Assembly (NCBI RefSeq): GCF_009914755.1
Contig: NC_060928.1
Length of the DNA: 64,000 nt
Reading direction: 5' to 3' (one strand)
From: the human T2T-CHM13v2.0 reference genome, Homo sapiens
In this document: positions 1 to 13,681 of the stretch, piece by piece
How the letters are laid out: every line of letters starts with the position of its first letter
How positions within the stretch are numbered: the stretch's first letter is position 1
The notes under the pieces: model-generated
What the model was told of the DNA's origin: nothing
Database searches by the model: none
Seen by the model: only the letters and a program-made list of their open reading frames with translations
Translations under genes and position numbers: made by a program

Positions 1-808
1 TATTTTTAGCCACCCCCTTCTTTTTCCCCCTTTTGCTATAGCTTGTCCATAGGGAAAATAACTGGCATTGGGAATAACTGAAAGCCCCATTGGCATGTGT
101 TTTCATTTTGTGTATCTCAACCACATAAACTGAAACTGTAGGTCAGTATTAGTCAAGAAAAATGAATCGTGAGAAGAACCAGTGTGACTAACAGGTTGTG
201 CTGTAGGATGAGTCTGTGGGAACAGGCTGTGATGCCACAGACCCCCTAGATACCAGCACGAAGAGGGCTTGTAAATGAAATTGAGCCATGTTCATTTTCC
301 GTAGAAGAGAGCAGGCTGGTTTGGGCTGAGGATAAATGCTGACTCCCTGCCTTTTAATCTGGAGTAGAGTGGAGTGGAGGGGCAGCGGGGGCCTGGTGTG
401 TGATTATTTCACATGGATGGACCTTCAGCTCTTCCCAGAATTCTCAGTTCCACTTTGTACCTTGCCCTCTGCTTTCCGTGGCTCCTGAGGCCTGAGCCCA
501 GCTCTTCCAAGTTTCTGTCTGGCCAGTTAACCCCAGTCATCCTCTGCACATTCTAGGATGCAGCTTCTCACTTTCTAAAATCTCCACCAGCTCAATTTCT
601 GATCTCCAGAAATATAATGAATAAACCCTTCTTCGCTGGGGGCTTTTCCTCCTGTTCTCTGGTTGTAGGTGTACTCCCTTTCACACTTTGGTACTTTAGC
701 TCTCTGTGACTTTAGAAAGGATCGGCTGGGAGGTTCAGGGGAAGTGTTTATTTAGACCTTGATCTGAACCTGGAATCCCATTTTGTTTCATTAGAATGAA
801 GACAACCA

Positions 809-1155
<347 letters not shown>

Positions 1156-1844
1156 CTAAGAATAAGGAATTAAACCAAATACACAGGTGCCAACATTGGT
1201 TTTACAGTTATACTAAAGCTCACATACATAGGTCATAATAGTTCTACAAGTCCTGACTGTAGGCCCTTAGTCTATTTTGGATTAAGTTCTATAGCAGAAT
1301 TGTTTGGTTTACCAAAAATAAAGTCAGTCATGGACAGTTGCAACAAATAATAAACTGGTCTGATAGCAAAGGAAGAGATGTTAAAAACTACCTAAGAGAC
1401 CATGTGGGCCCCATTTGCCTCTGTGATGTGGTATGCTATAATTATGGGGCCATTATGAAAAGGTCAAATATCTTTAGTTAGGGGCCCCTGCTTAAGATGG
1501 CAGGGAAAGTGGAAGGACCACTTCTTTCTGGATTATTGTCAGTATATCAGCCTTACCAGATGTACCTCCAGTATCTTGTCACCTAGGGCATTTTATAGCT
1601 TATTATTTTAGATACAAGTTAAAAAAAAAAAAAAAACAAGAAAAAAAAAACCTCTCTGTCTCAAACTTCACTTCTAACCCACTTTGTGTTAGCCAGTGGT
1701 GTATTTGTTAGCTTGCTTGACAGAGGTAATTACCTTAATTCTACAGGTAAATTTAGTGTAAAATACAACTAGAATCCCAACAAATCATGCAATTACAACT
1801 AGATTTAAATGTGTGCATGGGAAAGATGAGAAGAAAAGTGTTAG

Positions 1845-1962
1845 GGCTGGGTGCAGTTGGTCACGCCTGTAATTCCAACAATTTGGGAGGCTGAGGTAGG
1901 AGGATCGTTTGAGCTAAGGAGTTTGTGACCAGCCTGGGCAATATAGTGAGACCCCATCTCTT
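1845..1962 (+). mobile_element. Free left Alu monomer (FLAM-like)
   Basis: Single Alu arm flanked by direct repeats aagaaaagtgttag (1831-1844 and 1963-1976). Confidence 0.85.
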
Positions 1963-2451
1963 AAGAAAAGTGTTAGATGGCAGGGTTATTGGTAGCATTT
2001 CAATAATGTTGATTGGCAAACTATATTTTAACCTATTTTGGATAAGATATTACTTTGACAGTCATGCCATTGCAAATTATACTCTAAAATCTTGCTCTTC
2101 TAAAACACACAGACACATGTATTTATAAGTAGTACAGCAACACTATAAAATTGGGAAAAAAGAAAAAGCATTAATAACTTACATAACCACTGCAAAGGAT
2201 ACCTCAGTAGACCTTCGTTGAGGTCTGGGGTGCAGTCAGCAGAAGCACCGTGCTCAGAGTTCATTTTCCCATGTGGCAAACAGGCAAATAAGTAGAGAAA
2301 CATTACCTTTATGGTGAACATTGACAGAAAGAGAAGGCAGTAGCCAGGTTGGAGGATGCACGACGGGGAGAGGAAGCCGGGGAACACCCAAGCCATGTGC
2401 AGAGGCATGGCAAATGCAGGCGGCTTGCTAGGCTCAAGAATAAGTTGCACA

Positions 2452-2753
2452 GGCCGGGCACAGTGGCTCATGCCTATAATCTCAGCACTTGGGGAGGCCG
2501 AGGCGGGCGGATCACGAGGTCAGGAGATCGAGACCATCCTGGCTAACAGGTGAAACCCCATCTGTACTAAAAAATACAAAAAATTAGTCGGGCGTGGTGG
2601 CGGGCACCTGTAGTCCCAGCTACTCTGGAAGCTGAGGCAGGAGGATGTCATGAACCCGGCAGGCAGAGCTTGCAGTGAGCCGAGATTGCACCACTGCACT
2701 CCAGCCTGGGCGACAGTGCCAGACTCCATTTCAAAAAATAAATAAATAAATAA
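2452..2753 (+). mobile_element. AluY, full length
   Basis: AluY diagnostics (gatcacgaggtcaggagatcgagaccatcctggctaac; gagcttgcagtgagccgag), (AAAT)n tail, TSD aagaataagttgcaca. Confidence 0.95.
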
Positions 2754-3469
2754 AAGAATAAGTTGCACAGAAAGAGCTTTTTTAAATTAGGAAGAATAGA
2801 AACCAAAGAGAGAGGAATTTTAAAAGAATTACAAAGTAACTTTCCCCCCCGGCTCTATGCAGCTGCTTCTCAATAAGCCATATCAGTAGATACCAAAAAG
2901 TATCTGTTGCTTAAAAAAAACACCCTTAACAAAATAGGAATAGATGAATATTTCCTTATCAGAATATTCTTCAGTCTCACAGCCTAAATACTTTAGTAGA
3001 ATGATGAAAAGAACTTTGATTCATATCAACACACATATGTACACTTACAATGGGATAACATAAAATGTATTAATATTAGCTAAGAAGAATGAAGTAGATG
3101 TATGGGTACTGTCACAGGAAGATTACCAGACACAGTCAGTGAAAAAGGCAAGGTGTAGAATTACAAGTACCTCACAAACCCATGTGCGTAGGTGAACAAA
3201 TTTGAAAACTGCATTTTAGTATATATTTGCCCATATGCAGCAAAAAGGTCCAGGAGGATACTATCATGTCTTATCTGGTAAAGAAAGGGAGAAGGCAAGT
3301 TTCTTTTTTTTTACTGTTTATTTTATTCTGTATGTTCTCTATTTAAATATTTTGTCATGTGAATGAATTGATGTGTAGTGTGTCTAATACATACATGAAT
3401 GTGCACATGTGGATATATGCACTCTCAAACCAAAGAAAGCAGGCAATATATTGTGTGATAAAATGCTAA

Positions 3470-3700
3470 ATGTCGTATTTGAGTCAAGAATGAGATAAGA
3501 ATGTCCACTCTCACTACTCTTACTTGCCATTGTTTTGGAAGCTACTAGGCACTGCTGTTAGACAAGAGAAAGAAACGAGGAGTGTAAATATTGGAAAGGA
3601 GGAGACAGAAATGATCATTGCAGATGAAATGATTAAATTATTTTACACTTGGAAGGCCAAAGAGAATTGCCTGGGCAAACTTAGAAACACTAAATAAATA
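3470..3700 (+). mobile_element. Ancient L1M ORF2 (RT-region) fragment
   Basis: Degenerate match to the L1 segment encoding GCPLSPLLFNIVLE...RQEKEIKGI.IGKEE...FADDMI. Confidence 0.55.
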
Positions 3701-4524
3701 TGTATATATTCCATGCATATACAATTCTATAGATGGCTTATTTTGAGAAGTGTTGTTAAAGAAGCTCTTTAATAAATAGTTGTCTCTGCAGAGTAGGGAG
3801 GAGTTAGAGGGGACAACTTCACTTTTGGAACATTTTATTTTTTATTTTCAAATGAAACTTTGTATCATGTTTATGTATTAATGTACAAAACTAAAATAGT
3901 ATTTGGTTTTCTTCTGATAATCAAGATAAGAAAACTAGGAATATATAAATATATATATTTATATATAAATTTATATTTTTAAATTTATGTTTATACATTT
4001 ATATAAAAAGGGGATAGAAGGGGACAAAACCCCAGAAAAAAGTAACAGATTTGAATATATGAAGTAAAATATTGTGTAATGAAGTAGAACATTTGTGATT
4101 AAAAGGAAAATAATGGCAACAAGAAAAAAGTATTTGCTTTGGCCAGATTATGAGGAAGGGCCTGAGTTTGAACTTTAGGGGGAGCCAAGGATTTGAAGCA
4201 GAAAAATGAGGTAAGACTTCCCAGCAGGAGCTCCGGGTGACTTTAGTGTTCCTCCTTTGTTAAGAACAGCCACCTTATACTTTGTGTTAGTGAAAGTCTT
4301 GTTGTTACTTTGTATTGAGGTTACTCCTGTACTTTGTCTCCCTTCATGGAGGGCAGGGACTGTTTGCACCCTAGGCAACTACTGCAGTGCATAGCTCCAG
4401 GATGTGTCTAACAAATGTTATGGGAATGAAATGGATACATACTAAGAAGGTTAATTCTGCTGGACTTGGTGACTTGCTAAATCTAGAGGGTATAGGAGGA
4501 TTGTAGAGCGTTTCCTATATTCTG

Positions 4525-6030
4525 GTATTCAGCCATTCATTTAGTCCTTCATTCAGTTTTTATTGGACCAGCTATTCTATGCCAGATAGTATGCTGAGCT
4601 TGTAAGAAGAATAAAGGAACTCTTGCTCTTGAGTTTAGAGGGAAAGACAGATGAGCTGGGACTTTGAATGCAGTGTGCTAAATGTGTGAGAACCATTCCT
4701 AGCATTGCGAGGGGTCACAGTACTGCCTGACCCAGCCTCTGCAGGTGGGGAGATTGTGAGGACTACTCCTTTGCTCTCAGTCTTAAAGGTTGAATAAGTT
4801 AGCCAGGGGAGTTGGGGGAAGGGAGAGGAGGGGACAGGAAGGGGACTAGAGGAAGACAGGCAGAGACACAAAGAGTAATACCGTGCTGGGTGTGTGTTCG
4901 GTGGTGGTGCAGAGTGAAGCCACAGGTAAGTAGGTGTTTCTGGACCTTAATTTTTTTTCATCCAGCAATATTTATTGATTCATTTACTTCTGAGAAACTT
5001 GTTTTGCAGTTGGAAAGATGTAAGACTGAAGAGGGAAGAAAGGCACTAGATCATAGAGAACCTTATGTGATAAGCCAAACACTTTGGATTTTATATTTAG
5101 GCTCTAGGGAGCCATTGAAGGATTTTAAGCCAGCATGGGATTGCGTTTGAAGTGGATCCCTTCAGTGGCTGTTTGCAGGATGGGTCGGGGGGAAAAGACT
5201 CTGGAATTAGGAGATCATGAGGAGACTGCTGTAGTTGTCAAGAATAAAGCCTTGAAAGAGCATGGTGCAGGAGAGGCACAATTAAGAAATAATTAGAAGG
5301 TAAAATTGGTAGTACACTTGATAATTGATTGGGTGTGAGAGAAAGGAGGAATACAGGAAGACTCCCAGGTTTCTATTTCTGGGTGTGCCACCAGCTGGGA
5401 CAGCATACAGGAGGATAAGCAGGCCTGATATCGAGAGACATTGGGCTCCGTTTTAGTGAGGCAGTGTTTGAAAATGTGAAATGCGGGAGGAGTAGGTTTG
5501 AAGCAGGAGTGTAGTTACGGCAGTTAAACAGGAGGTGGAGCAGCTAGTGATAAAGAGGCAAGTAGTTCAAAAGTAAGGGGAAAGTGTGGTCTAGAAAGAC
5601 ATTTGGGTAGGACCCGAGACCTTGAGTATGGTTAAAATTTCCTAGGAATAATGTATATAGCAGGCACTAGAAGAGGTTTAAGGATGAATCTTTGCACATC
5701 AAATTTAACCATCTGGGAGAAGCAGAAGAACCCATAAAGAAGCCAGAAGGGGAGAGGAAGGAGGAAAGCCAGATGAGAGAGGGTGCTTCAAGAAGCCATG
5801 GGAAGAGACAGTTTTGTGAAAAAAGAACTGCTTCAGATTTTCAGATATCACACAATGGTCAGATAAAACAAAGACTGAATTTGTCTGTTAGATTTGACAT
5901 TTAGGGGCTTATTGGAGACCTTGGCAAAAAGAATTTCAGTGGAGAGCTAGGAGAAGAAGAAACCAAATTCCAATGGTTACAAAGTGAAGGGGAGATAAAT
6001 TAGAGATGGAATGTGTGGACGCTTCCTTCA
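4525..6030 (-). mobile_element. L2 LINE remnants
   Basis: Begins with the reverse complement of an L2 3' tail (attcagccattcatt...tattgg...ctatgccag), followed by purine-rich L2-like body. Boundaries approximate. Confidence 0.5.
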
Positions 6031-6528
6031 GGAAGAATCAAAGCTAATGCTAGAACGGAAAAGGGGGCCTTACTGTCTTTATCAAGAACAGAGTGATAAC
6101 TTGATTTTTTTCTATGTAAAAGAAACATTTATGTTTTTTCTTATTTAATTTTATAGAGACTATTATGTGGTTCTTTGCTATGTTTCCAAAAATTATTTTA
6201 TGTATTGAAATTATTACCCAAGTAAGAGTAGAACATTAAGCTGTTTTAAAGAGCAGGAATTGAATTCAGCCTTAACTTTAGACAAATGGTATATACCATA
6301 TTCCAACGATTGAAGGACATGGTGATAAGTTGATTTAAATGATTGTACAAAGTAGAGTCCTTTAAAGATACTGAAATTCGAGAATACTTTTCAACTTAGA
6401 CTTGATTTTTTTTTCCAAAAGGAGTTAATGGCCTTTAAGTCTTACTTGTTGACAGTATAATACTACTACAGTGGTAATAGTATGGTGTGCATGGTCAGAT
6501 TTAATTTACATAAGACTGTATTTCACAG

Positions 6529-6599
6529 GAACTGATGATGTTGTAGGCCCTGAAGGCATGGAGAAATTTTGTGAAGACATTGGTGTTGAACCAGAAAAC
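6529..6599 (+). CDS. DCUN1D4: DCUN1D4 internal coding exon A (71 nt; (G)[23 protein letters not shown])
   Basis: Acceptor tttcacag|GA and donor AAC|gtgagt. Translation matches the start of the DCN1/PONY domain of DCUN1D4. Phase 1 in, phase 0 out. Confidence 0.95.
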
Positions 6600-7068
6600 G
6601 TGAGTCTAACTTACTGAGTTGGGTGAATCAGTTGGTTGTTTTTCATACTTAAATCTTTGTTCTTTAGCAAATAAATAAATAATTAAAAAGTAGTGGTATG
6701 TTAGTTTTTATGAAGCAGTCTAAGAAATAAGTTCTAATTCTAGTTTGACTTATAAGCAGATTCTCCATTCTTGTAAGTGATATGGTGTAACTACAGTTAT
6801 TTTTTCTCTCATTTAATTTCTTGTATGTAAAAGGTACAGTAAGCCAGATGCTTACAAAATGGTGTGGCCACATGTGCCTACAATGACGGATCAACTGGAG
6901 GCCACATTGTACACTGTGTACCTTCGTGCCCCTCAGTAGTTGTTTTAGCCTAATGTAGAGTCAATCTAGGACTTATAATTATTCATCATGATTTTGAGTA
7001 GATTGTAATCATCAAGAATTTTTCATAGATCGTTTACTTCCAATTGAATTTAGCTCAGAAGTGATTGC

Positions 7069-7360
7069 TTTTTTTTTTTTGAGATGGAGTCTCGCACTGT
7101 CGCCAGGCTGGAGTGCAATGGTATGATGTCGGCTCACTGCAACCTCTGCCTCCCGGGTTGAAGCGATTTCCCCTGCCTCAGCCTCCTGAGTAGCTGGGAC
7201 TACAGGTGTGCGCCACCATGCTTGGCTAATGTTTTTTGTATTTTAGTAGAGATGGGATTTCACCATGTTGGCCAGATGTCTCTATCTCCTGACCTTGTGA
7301 TCTGCCCGGCTCAGCCTCCCAAAGTGCTGGGATTATAGGCGTGAGCCACAGCACCCGGCC
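7069..7360 (-). mobile_element. Alu (AluSc-like), antisense to DCUN1D4
   Basis: Poly-T followed by a reverse-complement Alu. TSD tgattgcttttt on both sides. Confidence 0.95.
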
Positions 7361-8419
7361 ATGATTGCTTTTTATAATGTAAAAGCCCTAGGTATTTATT
7401 TTTAATTAGAGTGATTTTTATAAGCTTAATTATTTTTGCCTAATTCTTAGCATGTTATTGTTGAATATTTTTTCTGTTCCTACATCACCTCTCTTACACT
7501 AAAATGAAAAACTATGCTTATACACATGCCCTGCCTCATTAACTATGCAGTTTGATATTACATTAGCTCCAGTTTAATAAATATGTCCAAGATCCTCAAT
7601 GAATTTGTGATCTGGGAAGAGATCTCAAGAGATCATTCTCTTCATTCAGGCTGTTTCCAAGACATCTGGTGCCCAGGCATGTATGTCATGCTTTTAAAGA
7701 AACTAGCAAAATTCACATTTTTTTCTTTAAACTTTTTATTTTACCCTTACCATTTCTGTGCTTCTGTCATCTATCTTGGCCCCCAGCAGTGCTTTAAATT
7801 TTCTAAAGAGCCTTTGGAATGTCTTTCACTTATTACATAGATTTTTATCTTGGTTTTTTTTTTGGTTTTTTTTTTTTTTTTAAATGTATTCCAGTTCAGG
7901 TATTTCAATAAATTACCCAACTTGGCATGAAGGTTTGGGGACACCTGGGTCAATAGTATTTTGCCACAGACTGGGCCGTAGACACAAGAAAAGACCATTA
8001 CATTGAATTTAAGAAGGAAGTTTTCTATGAGAACTGGGCCAGGCTTGGCAGAGTGTTTTCTAAACATGTAGTCAGAGGGCTGAGAGTGAGTTGGGCTTGA
8101 GAGGGGCTCCGGAGGTTCCACATGGGGTACCGTAGTAAGTATATGACAGAGGAGTGGCAGCAGGGCCTGGGCTTGAAGTTAGAGGCTGAGAAGACTGGGA
8201 GACAAAGGGCTTGCTGGTATGTGAGGGATTAGCTGAGCATTTAGTCTCAGAGGCAGAAAAGCCTGTCCAGGATGGGAGAGCACTGACGTTGACTCTAACT
8301 GAAGAAGAAAGGGAGGCACAGCTCTTCAAGTTTCCTCACCCCCAAATACCAGTACTCAATAAAAGATAGTTATTGTCATTCTTTTTTGGCAGTTATGAGT
8401 CCTTTAGAACTCTATTTCT

Positions 8420-8703
8420 GGCCTGGCATGATGGCTCACGCCTGTAATCCCAGCACTTTGGGAGGCCGAGACAGGCGGATCACCTGAGGTCAGCAGTTCG
8501 AGACCAGCCTGGCCAATAAGGCGAAACCCCGTCTCTATTAAAAATACAAAAATTAGCCAGGTGTGGCTACTTAGGAGGTTGAGGCAGGAGAATCGCTTGA
8601 ACCCAGGAGGTGGAGGTTGCAGTGAGCAGAGCCGACATCATGCCACTGCACTCCAGCCTGGGCAACAGAGCAGGACTCCATCTCCAAAAAAAAAAACAAA
8701 AAA
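8420..8703 (+). mobile_element. Alu (AluSx-like) with a ~22-nt deletion at the start of the right arm
   Basis: gccaggtgtg|gctact junction near 8565 skips the gcctgtaatccca segment. TSD-like aactc(t/c)atttct flanks. Confidence 0.92.
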
Positions 8704-8785
8704 ACTCCATTTCTGTAGGAATAGAAATATCCTTAAAATTTATAATCATATTAAAGACTAAAAGACCATATTATCCAAGTATGTA

Positions 8786-9085
8786 GGCCAGGCGTGGTGG
8801 CTCACGCCTGTAATCCCAGTACTTTGAGAGGCCGAGGTGGGTGGGTGGATCACATGAGGTCAGGAGTTCAGACCAGCCTGGAAAACATGGTGAAACCCCA
8901 TCTTTAATAAAATACCAAAATTAGCCGGGCGTAGTGATGTGCGCTAGTAATCCCAGCTACTCAGGAGGCTGAGGCACAAGAATCACTTGAGCCCAGGAGG
9001 TGGAGGTTACAGTGAGCCGAGATCGCACCACTGTACTTCATCCTGGGCAACAGAGTGAGACTCTGTCTCGAAAAAGAAAAAAAAG
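8786..9085 (+). mobile_element. Alu (AluS), full length
   Basis: Dimeric Alu with A tail. Flanks share atattatccaa. Confidence 0.94.
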
Positions 9086-11129
9086 AGAGAATATTATCCA
9101 AATATTTATACTGTATGTACTTCAATTCCAAGCTGTCACCAATAGAAGTTGTATTATTTTATATCACTAAGAAAAAATGTGCTAAATAAACTCTGATGTG
9201 CTATATCAATTGTGGGTGCATTCCCATTTCAGAGACATTAACATTTGTAAAACAAGTGCTGAAATATGGTGTTTTCAAGCCTTGTCTGCATTGATGGGCA
9301 AGCACGTTTAAGGTATTTAAAACCCTCACTTTGCCTGATATTTACAGCTTATGAAATTAAGCAGGCTTGTAAAATTCAAGTCTATGTTCATTTACCAAGA
9401 TAACAGCAACATTCTTTATTTAAGTACTTAGATTTCTTGTTAGTTAACTTATGAAAGTCTCTTTTTTATGAACTTTCCCATTATGAGTACCTGTTTTGGC
9501 TCTTTAGCCATGTTTCATTCATGCTTGTGTGTGTGTGTTCTTGCACCCTCACCATTTTTTTTTAACTTAACAAGTGTTTATGTAGAATTTTTAAATCTTT
9601 TTGGTAGAGAGTAGAATAGAGATGGTTTGAGAATACCTAGTTTGCATTAGAAAATGTGAGTTGGTTAGTTGTCCTAGGTAAATCGATATACAAGAGTCAG
9701 AATTCCTAGAAACCTGAGGGATGAGGAGAAAATCCACTAATGTGTGAATAATTTGAAGAACTGTAACCCCATCTTTTTGGGAAATTCTTAGTAGCACCTT
9801 GGTCTTTTAAGTCACCACTTTAACCTATTTAACAATCATTGCCTTTTAAGCAGTCATTACTAATCAGTCCTAGTAATTTACCTAGTAATCTAAATTTTTA
9901 ATCCAAAAAAAACCTAATGACTTTCAAAAAATTGATATGTACTAATTTATTTGATGAAAGATCCTAAAAATTTCGTAGGTTCTCACTGATATTAATTTCC
10001 AGTGAGGAAAACCATAAAGTCAGCATCAAGCGAAAGCTTCTCCTTACTCCCCTGCATGTAAATTAGACAAAGCTAGAGATTTTTTAGCCTACAAACTAGC
10101 TTATTGGCAGACAGATTAAAAAGAAGAGCTTCTGAATCTCCTAACTACTCTTGTTCTAGAGTTTTTAATGGACATGTTGGCTCTCGGAGGCTCAGAAATC
10201 ATTAAAAATGATTTCTTGCCTCATGTTTCATGTTTTTATGTCATCTTAGTTCCTTTCACCATAGCCGCCATCTGACCCAGTTGGGCACAGGGATGGTGTT
10301 TTAATGGTTTTGAATGGTTCTTTCAGTAGCTGAAATGAAGCCTTAGGCTCTACGTAAAGAGATCAAATTAACTGCCAGTGTCGGATATCCTAGTCCTTGG
10401 AGAAACATGTGTTTATCTACCTATTGCCTTTTTCTGTTTCAGCACAGAGAGAGAGCCCATTAACAGTGTATACCTGATCCCTAATTTAGGAGTTGGGTGT
10501 TCCTTATGTATGAATGGACTGTCCAGAGATAACCAGCTCTACAGAGTGGCTGGCAGAATGGTCCTAAGAAGGCCCTGTCCCTCTTCTTTACCTTTTTAGG
10601 ACTGACATTCTTTTTTAGTTACTTCTCACCTCTTCTAGGATCTTTGAGGTAGATGAGAAGGAAGGCTTCCTCCTCCTGTCCTAATCAGGCATGGCCTCAA
10701 CCCTGTCCCTGTGTAGCATTCCAGATAGCTTAAAGCTGGGTGCACCTTTGAAATGTCATTTTGTCTTTACACCTTTAGGTATTTATTAAAACTCACCATC
10801 AGTTCCCTGTGCTATCTTTTCTCTAAAATAGCTAAGGAAAAAGTAGTAAGCAGTGGCATAAACCAGAGTTGTCACTGTTTCTGAAACCTGCATGGTTTCA
10901 GAAGAGTCACAAAAGCACAGGTGGCACCTGGGGGCCTGCCCCTCCTTTACAAGTGATGACACCATGCCACAGACCCTGGGCCCATTCCAGGCATAGTGCT
11001 GTCTTAAGTGGAATGTGGGGCTACTTTAAAATAATTTCCCACCAGTGTATATAGTGAATTCACAAACATTAAAGTATGTGTGCTACAACTTCACTGCGTG
11101 TCTCCCCCTGTCCACCTTGTTATGTTTTA

Positions 11130-11560
11130 ATACACTGTTCTACACCTTGCTGTTTCACTTAATACATCTTGGAAATTATTCCATATTTGTCCAGCTAGTT
11201 CTACTTCATTCATCTTAGTGGTGTCATAGTATTCCTTTATATGGAATGTATTCGGCAAAGAAGTATTTAACCAGTCCCTTATTAATGGCCATTTGGTTGT
11301 TTTCAGTCTTTAACTGCTACAAATTGTACTGCAGTAAATACTGTTGACTAAAATTCATCTTTGTGTCTGTTTACAGGTAGACCTATAAGATAACTTGCCA
11401 TGGGTGGAATTGTCAATAACTGGTTTTACATTTGATATTGCCCTCTGGAGAGGGTGATCACCTTACACCTCCACTATCGTGCATCAGGAGAATACATGCT
11501 TCTCCAAACTCTTGTCAGCAGACTATATTGTCAACTTTTTTAGATGTTTGCCAAACTAGA
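11130..11560 (-). mobile_element. Ancient L1M 3' fragment
   Basis: Degenerate L1M 3' motifs (atagtattcc...ccagtcccttattaatggccatttggttgttttcagtc). Confidence 0.5.
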
Positions 11561-11719
11561 ACTCATTTTTGAAGTTAACTCTGCTCATATTTCAGTGACT
11601 AAACTACTGTGAACAGAAGCATTTAGCAAAACGTTAATGTATTAATGACAGATCTATTTGTTTTTTCTTTTTAATTTGTGTAATATATTTTTTTTTAATT
11701 GTGTATTTTTTTTTAACAG

Positions 11720-11811
11720 GTAGTTATGCTTGTCCTAGCTTGGAAATTGGATGCACAAAACATGGGTTATTTTACTCTACAGGAGTGGTTAAAAGGAATG
11801 ACTTCTCTCCA
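11720..11811 (+). CDS. DCUN1D4: DCUN1D4 coding exon B (92 nt; [30 protein letters not shown](Q))
   Basis: Acceptor ttttaacag|GTA and donor CA|gtaagt. In frame with exon A. Contains the DCN1-family LAWK..A..MGYFT..EW motif. Confidence 0.96.
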
Positions 11812-12047
11812 GTAAGTCCTAGGCTGCACTAGTGGGGGTCCCTGCCCTTCCCAGGTGGTTGCCTCCTTCCTCCCTAGGACTTCAGGAGGTGATTGAGTGA
11901 GTGGAAGGAAGTCAGGTGGTCTGGCCAAGCTTCCCCAGTGGCCAAAGATGTAAAGACTAAGACCCATTTTGAGGACTATTCTGGGCAAATTTATAAAGTG
12001 TCTATATGTGTATTTGGAGCGAGAGAGTGTGTTGGTATTCTTGTAGA

Positions 12048-12380
12048 GCAGCTCTCTCCAGGAGAAACAGACCAACATTTTCTCATATGAGAAAGCCACC
12101 TCTATGTAACTTAAGATTTTTTAATAGCTACATGTAAAAGTAGAAACAGGTAAAATCAGCTTTAATCTATTTTATTAACCCCAAACAGTCCAACATATTT
12201 TCATTCCAACATGTAATCAATATTCTTAAGAAATCAATGAGATATTTTTATATTCTTTTTTCTCATGGTTAGTCTTCAAAATCTGGGGTTTATTTTATGA
12301 TCCATCTCCATTTGTATTAACCACATTTCAAGTGCTCAGTAGTCACATGTGGCCAGTGGCTATTGAGTTGAACGGTGCAG
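12048..12380 (-). mobile_element. MER33-like hAT-Charlie DNA transposon fossil
   Basis: ccacatttcaagtgctcagtagtcacatgtggccagtggcta terminus and internal acatgtaatcaatat / gtcttcaaaatctgg segments match the reverse complement of MER33. Confidence 0.75.
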
Positions 12381-12989
12381 TTTTAGAGCTTAAAAGGCAA
12401 AGACTTACTGGCATCTGGTTTATACTTAGTGAGAAAAAGTTGAGTAATGTATAACTTGTAAGTTAAAATATTTGATATCTCTATATATTCTGATTTTAGC
12501 TTTGGGCAAAATTAAAACTTCATTACTCCAGTGATTTAAAAAATTAAAAAGATTTGGTTTGTGTAACCTGACCCAGGATAAGAAAAATCAGTGGTTTTAT
12601 GTATTTGCCTTGTGTATGCAATATGTGCGTGTGTGCATGCGCCTGTGTGTTGTGTATTTGCTCAGTTTCATTCAAGAAAACAAATTGTCATTCTATATTA
12701 GGCCTTGAAAGATACAGTTGAAGTGGATAACTAAATGTTTCAAATAGCATTGACGATGAAGTGCTAATTCTTAACATAGTAATTTTAATCTAAAGTAATT
12801 GGGATGACTTTCTTTTCACTTTAGGAATAATAGATCTTGATTTTTACTGGATTAAAATTTGAGTTGAAATGGTTTTATTTAAATAATTTTGGAATTTGTC
12901 CACTTTTAATATCACTGTCCATTTGTTATTGTTGAGAATGCTTTCGCATTGTGCTTTAGTAGTTTATGAAGACTGTTCACTATTCTCCC

Positions 12990-13140
12990 ATTTGAATGCC
13001 TCATAGCTACTTTGTGAAGAAGACAGATCAGATTTTATCCTGAACATGTTACAAATGAGGAGACTGAGGCATAGAGGGGATCGGTGATGTGTGAATGTGG
13101 CAGAGATGGGAAGAACACTTAAGACTTCTGATTCTTAAAT
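12990..13140 (-). mobile_element. MIR SINE
   Basis: MIR core ttacaaatgaggagactgaggcatagag. Confidence 0.6.
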
Positions 13141-13367
13141 CACATTCTTCCTTCTAACAATATTATCTGATGACAAATGAGTTTTAGGTAAAAGCCAAAC
13201 CACCCTTTTACAAATATACTTTCCTATCAGAGTGTGTTCTAGAATTTTAGAGTTAAATTCTCTGAAATCTTTTAAAACTTGTGTATCCTTTTGGGGGAAC
13301 ATCTCCTTATGATTTTAATCCTATTCACTCGTTTTTTCATTATTTTTCTCACTTTTCTTCATTGCTT

Positions 13368-13681
13368 CCTTTTTCTTTTCTTTTCTTTTCTTTTCTTTTT
13401 TTTGAGACGGAATGTCCCTCTGTCGCCCAGGCTGGAGTGCAGTGGCGTGCTCTCAGTTCACAGCAACCTCCGCCTCCCGGGTTCAAGTGATTCTTGTGCC
13501 CCAGCTTCCCCGAGTAGCTGGGATTACAAGCAGACACCGCCACGCCCGGCTGATTTTTGTATTTTTAGTAGAGACGGGGTTTCGCCATGTTGGCTAGGCT
13601 CGAACTCCTGACCTCAAGTGATCTGCCCGCCTCAGCCTCCCAAGGTGTTGGGATTACAGGCGTAAGCCACCGTGCCTGACC
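13368..13681 (-). mobile_element. Alu (AluSx/Sz-like), antisense, with (TTTTC)n tail
   Basis: Reverse-complement dimeric Alu. Source of several spurious ORFs in the track. Confidence 0.95.
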
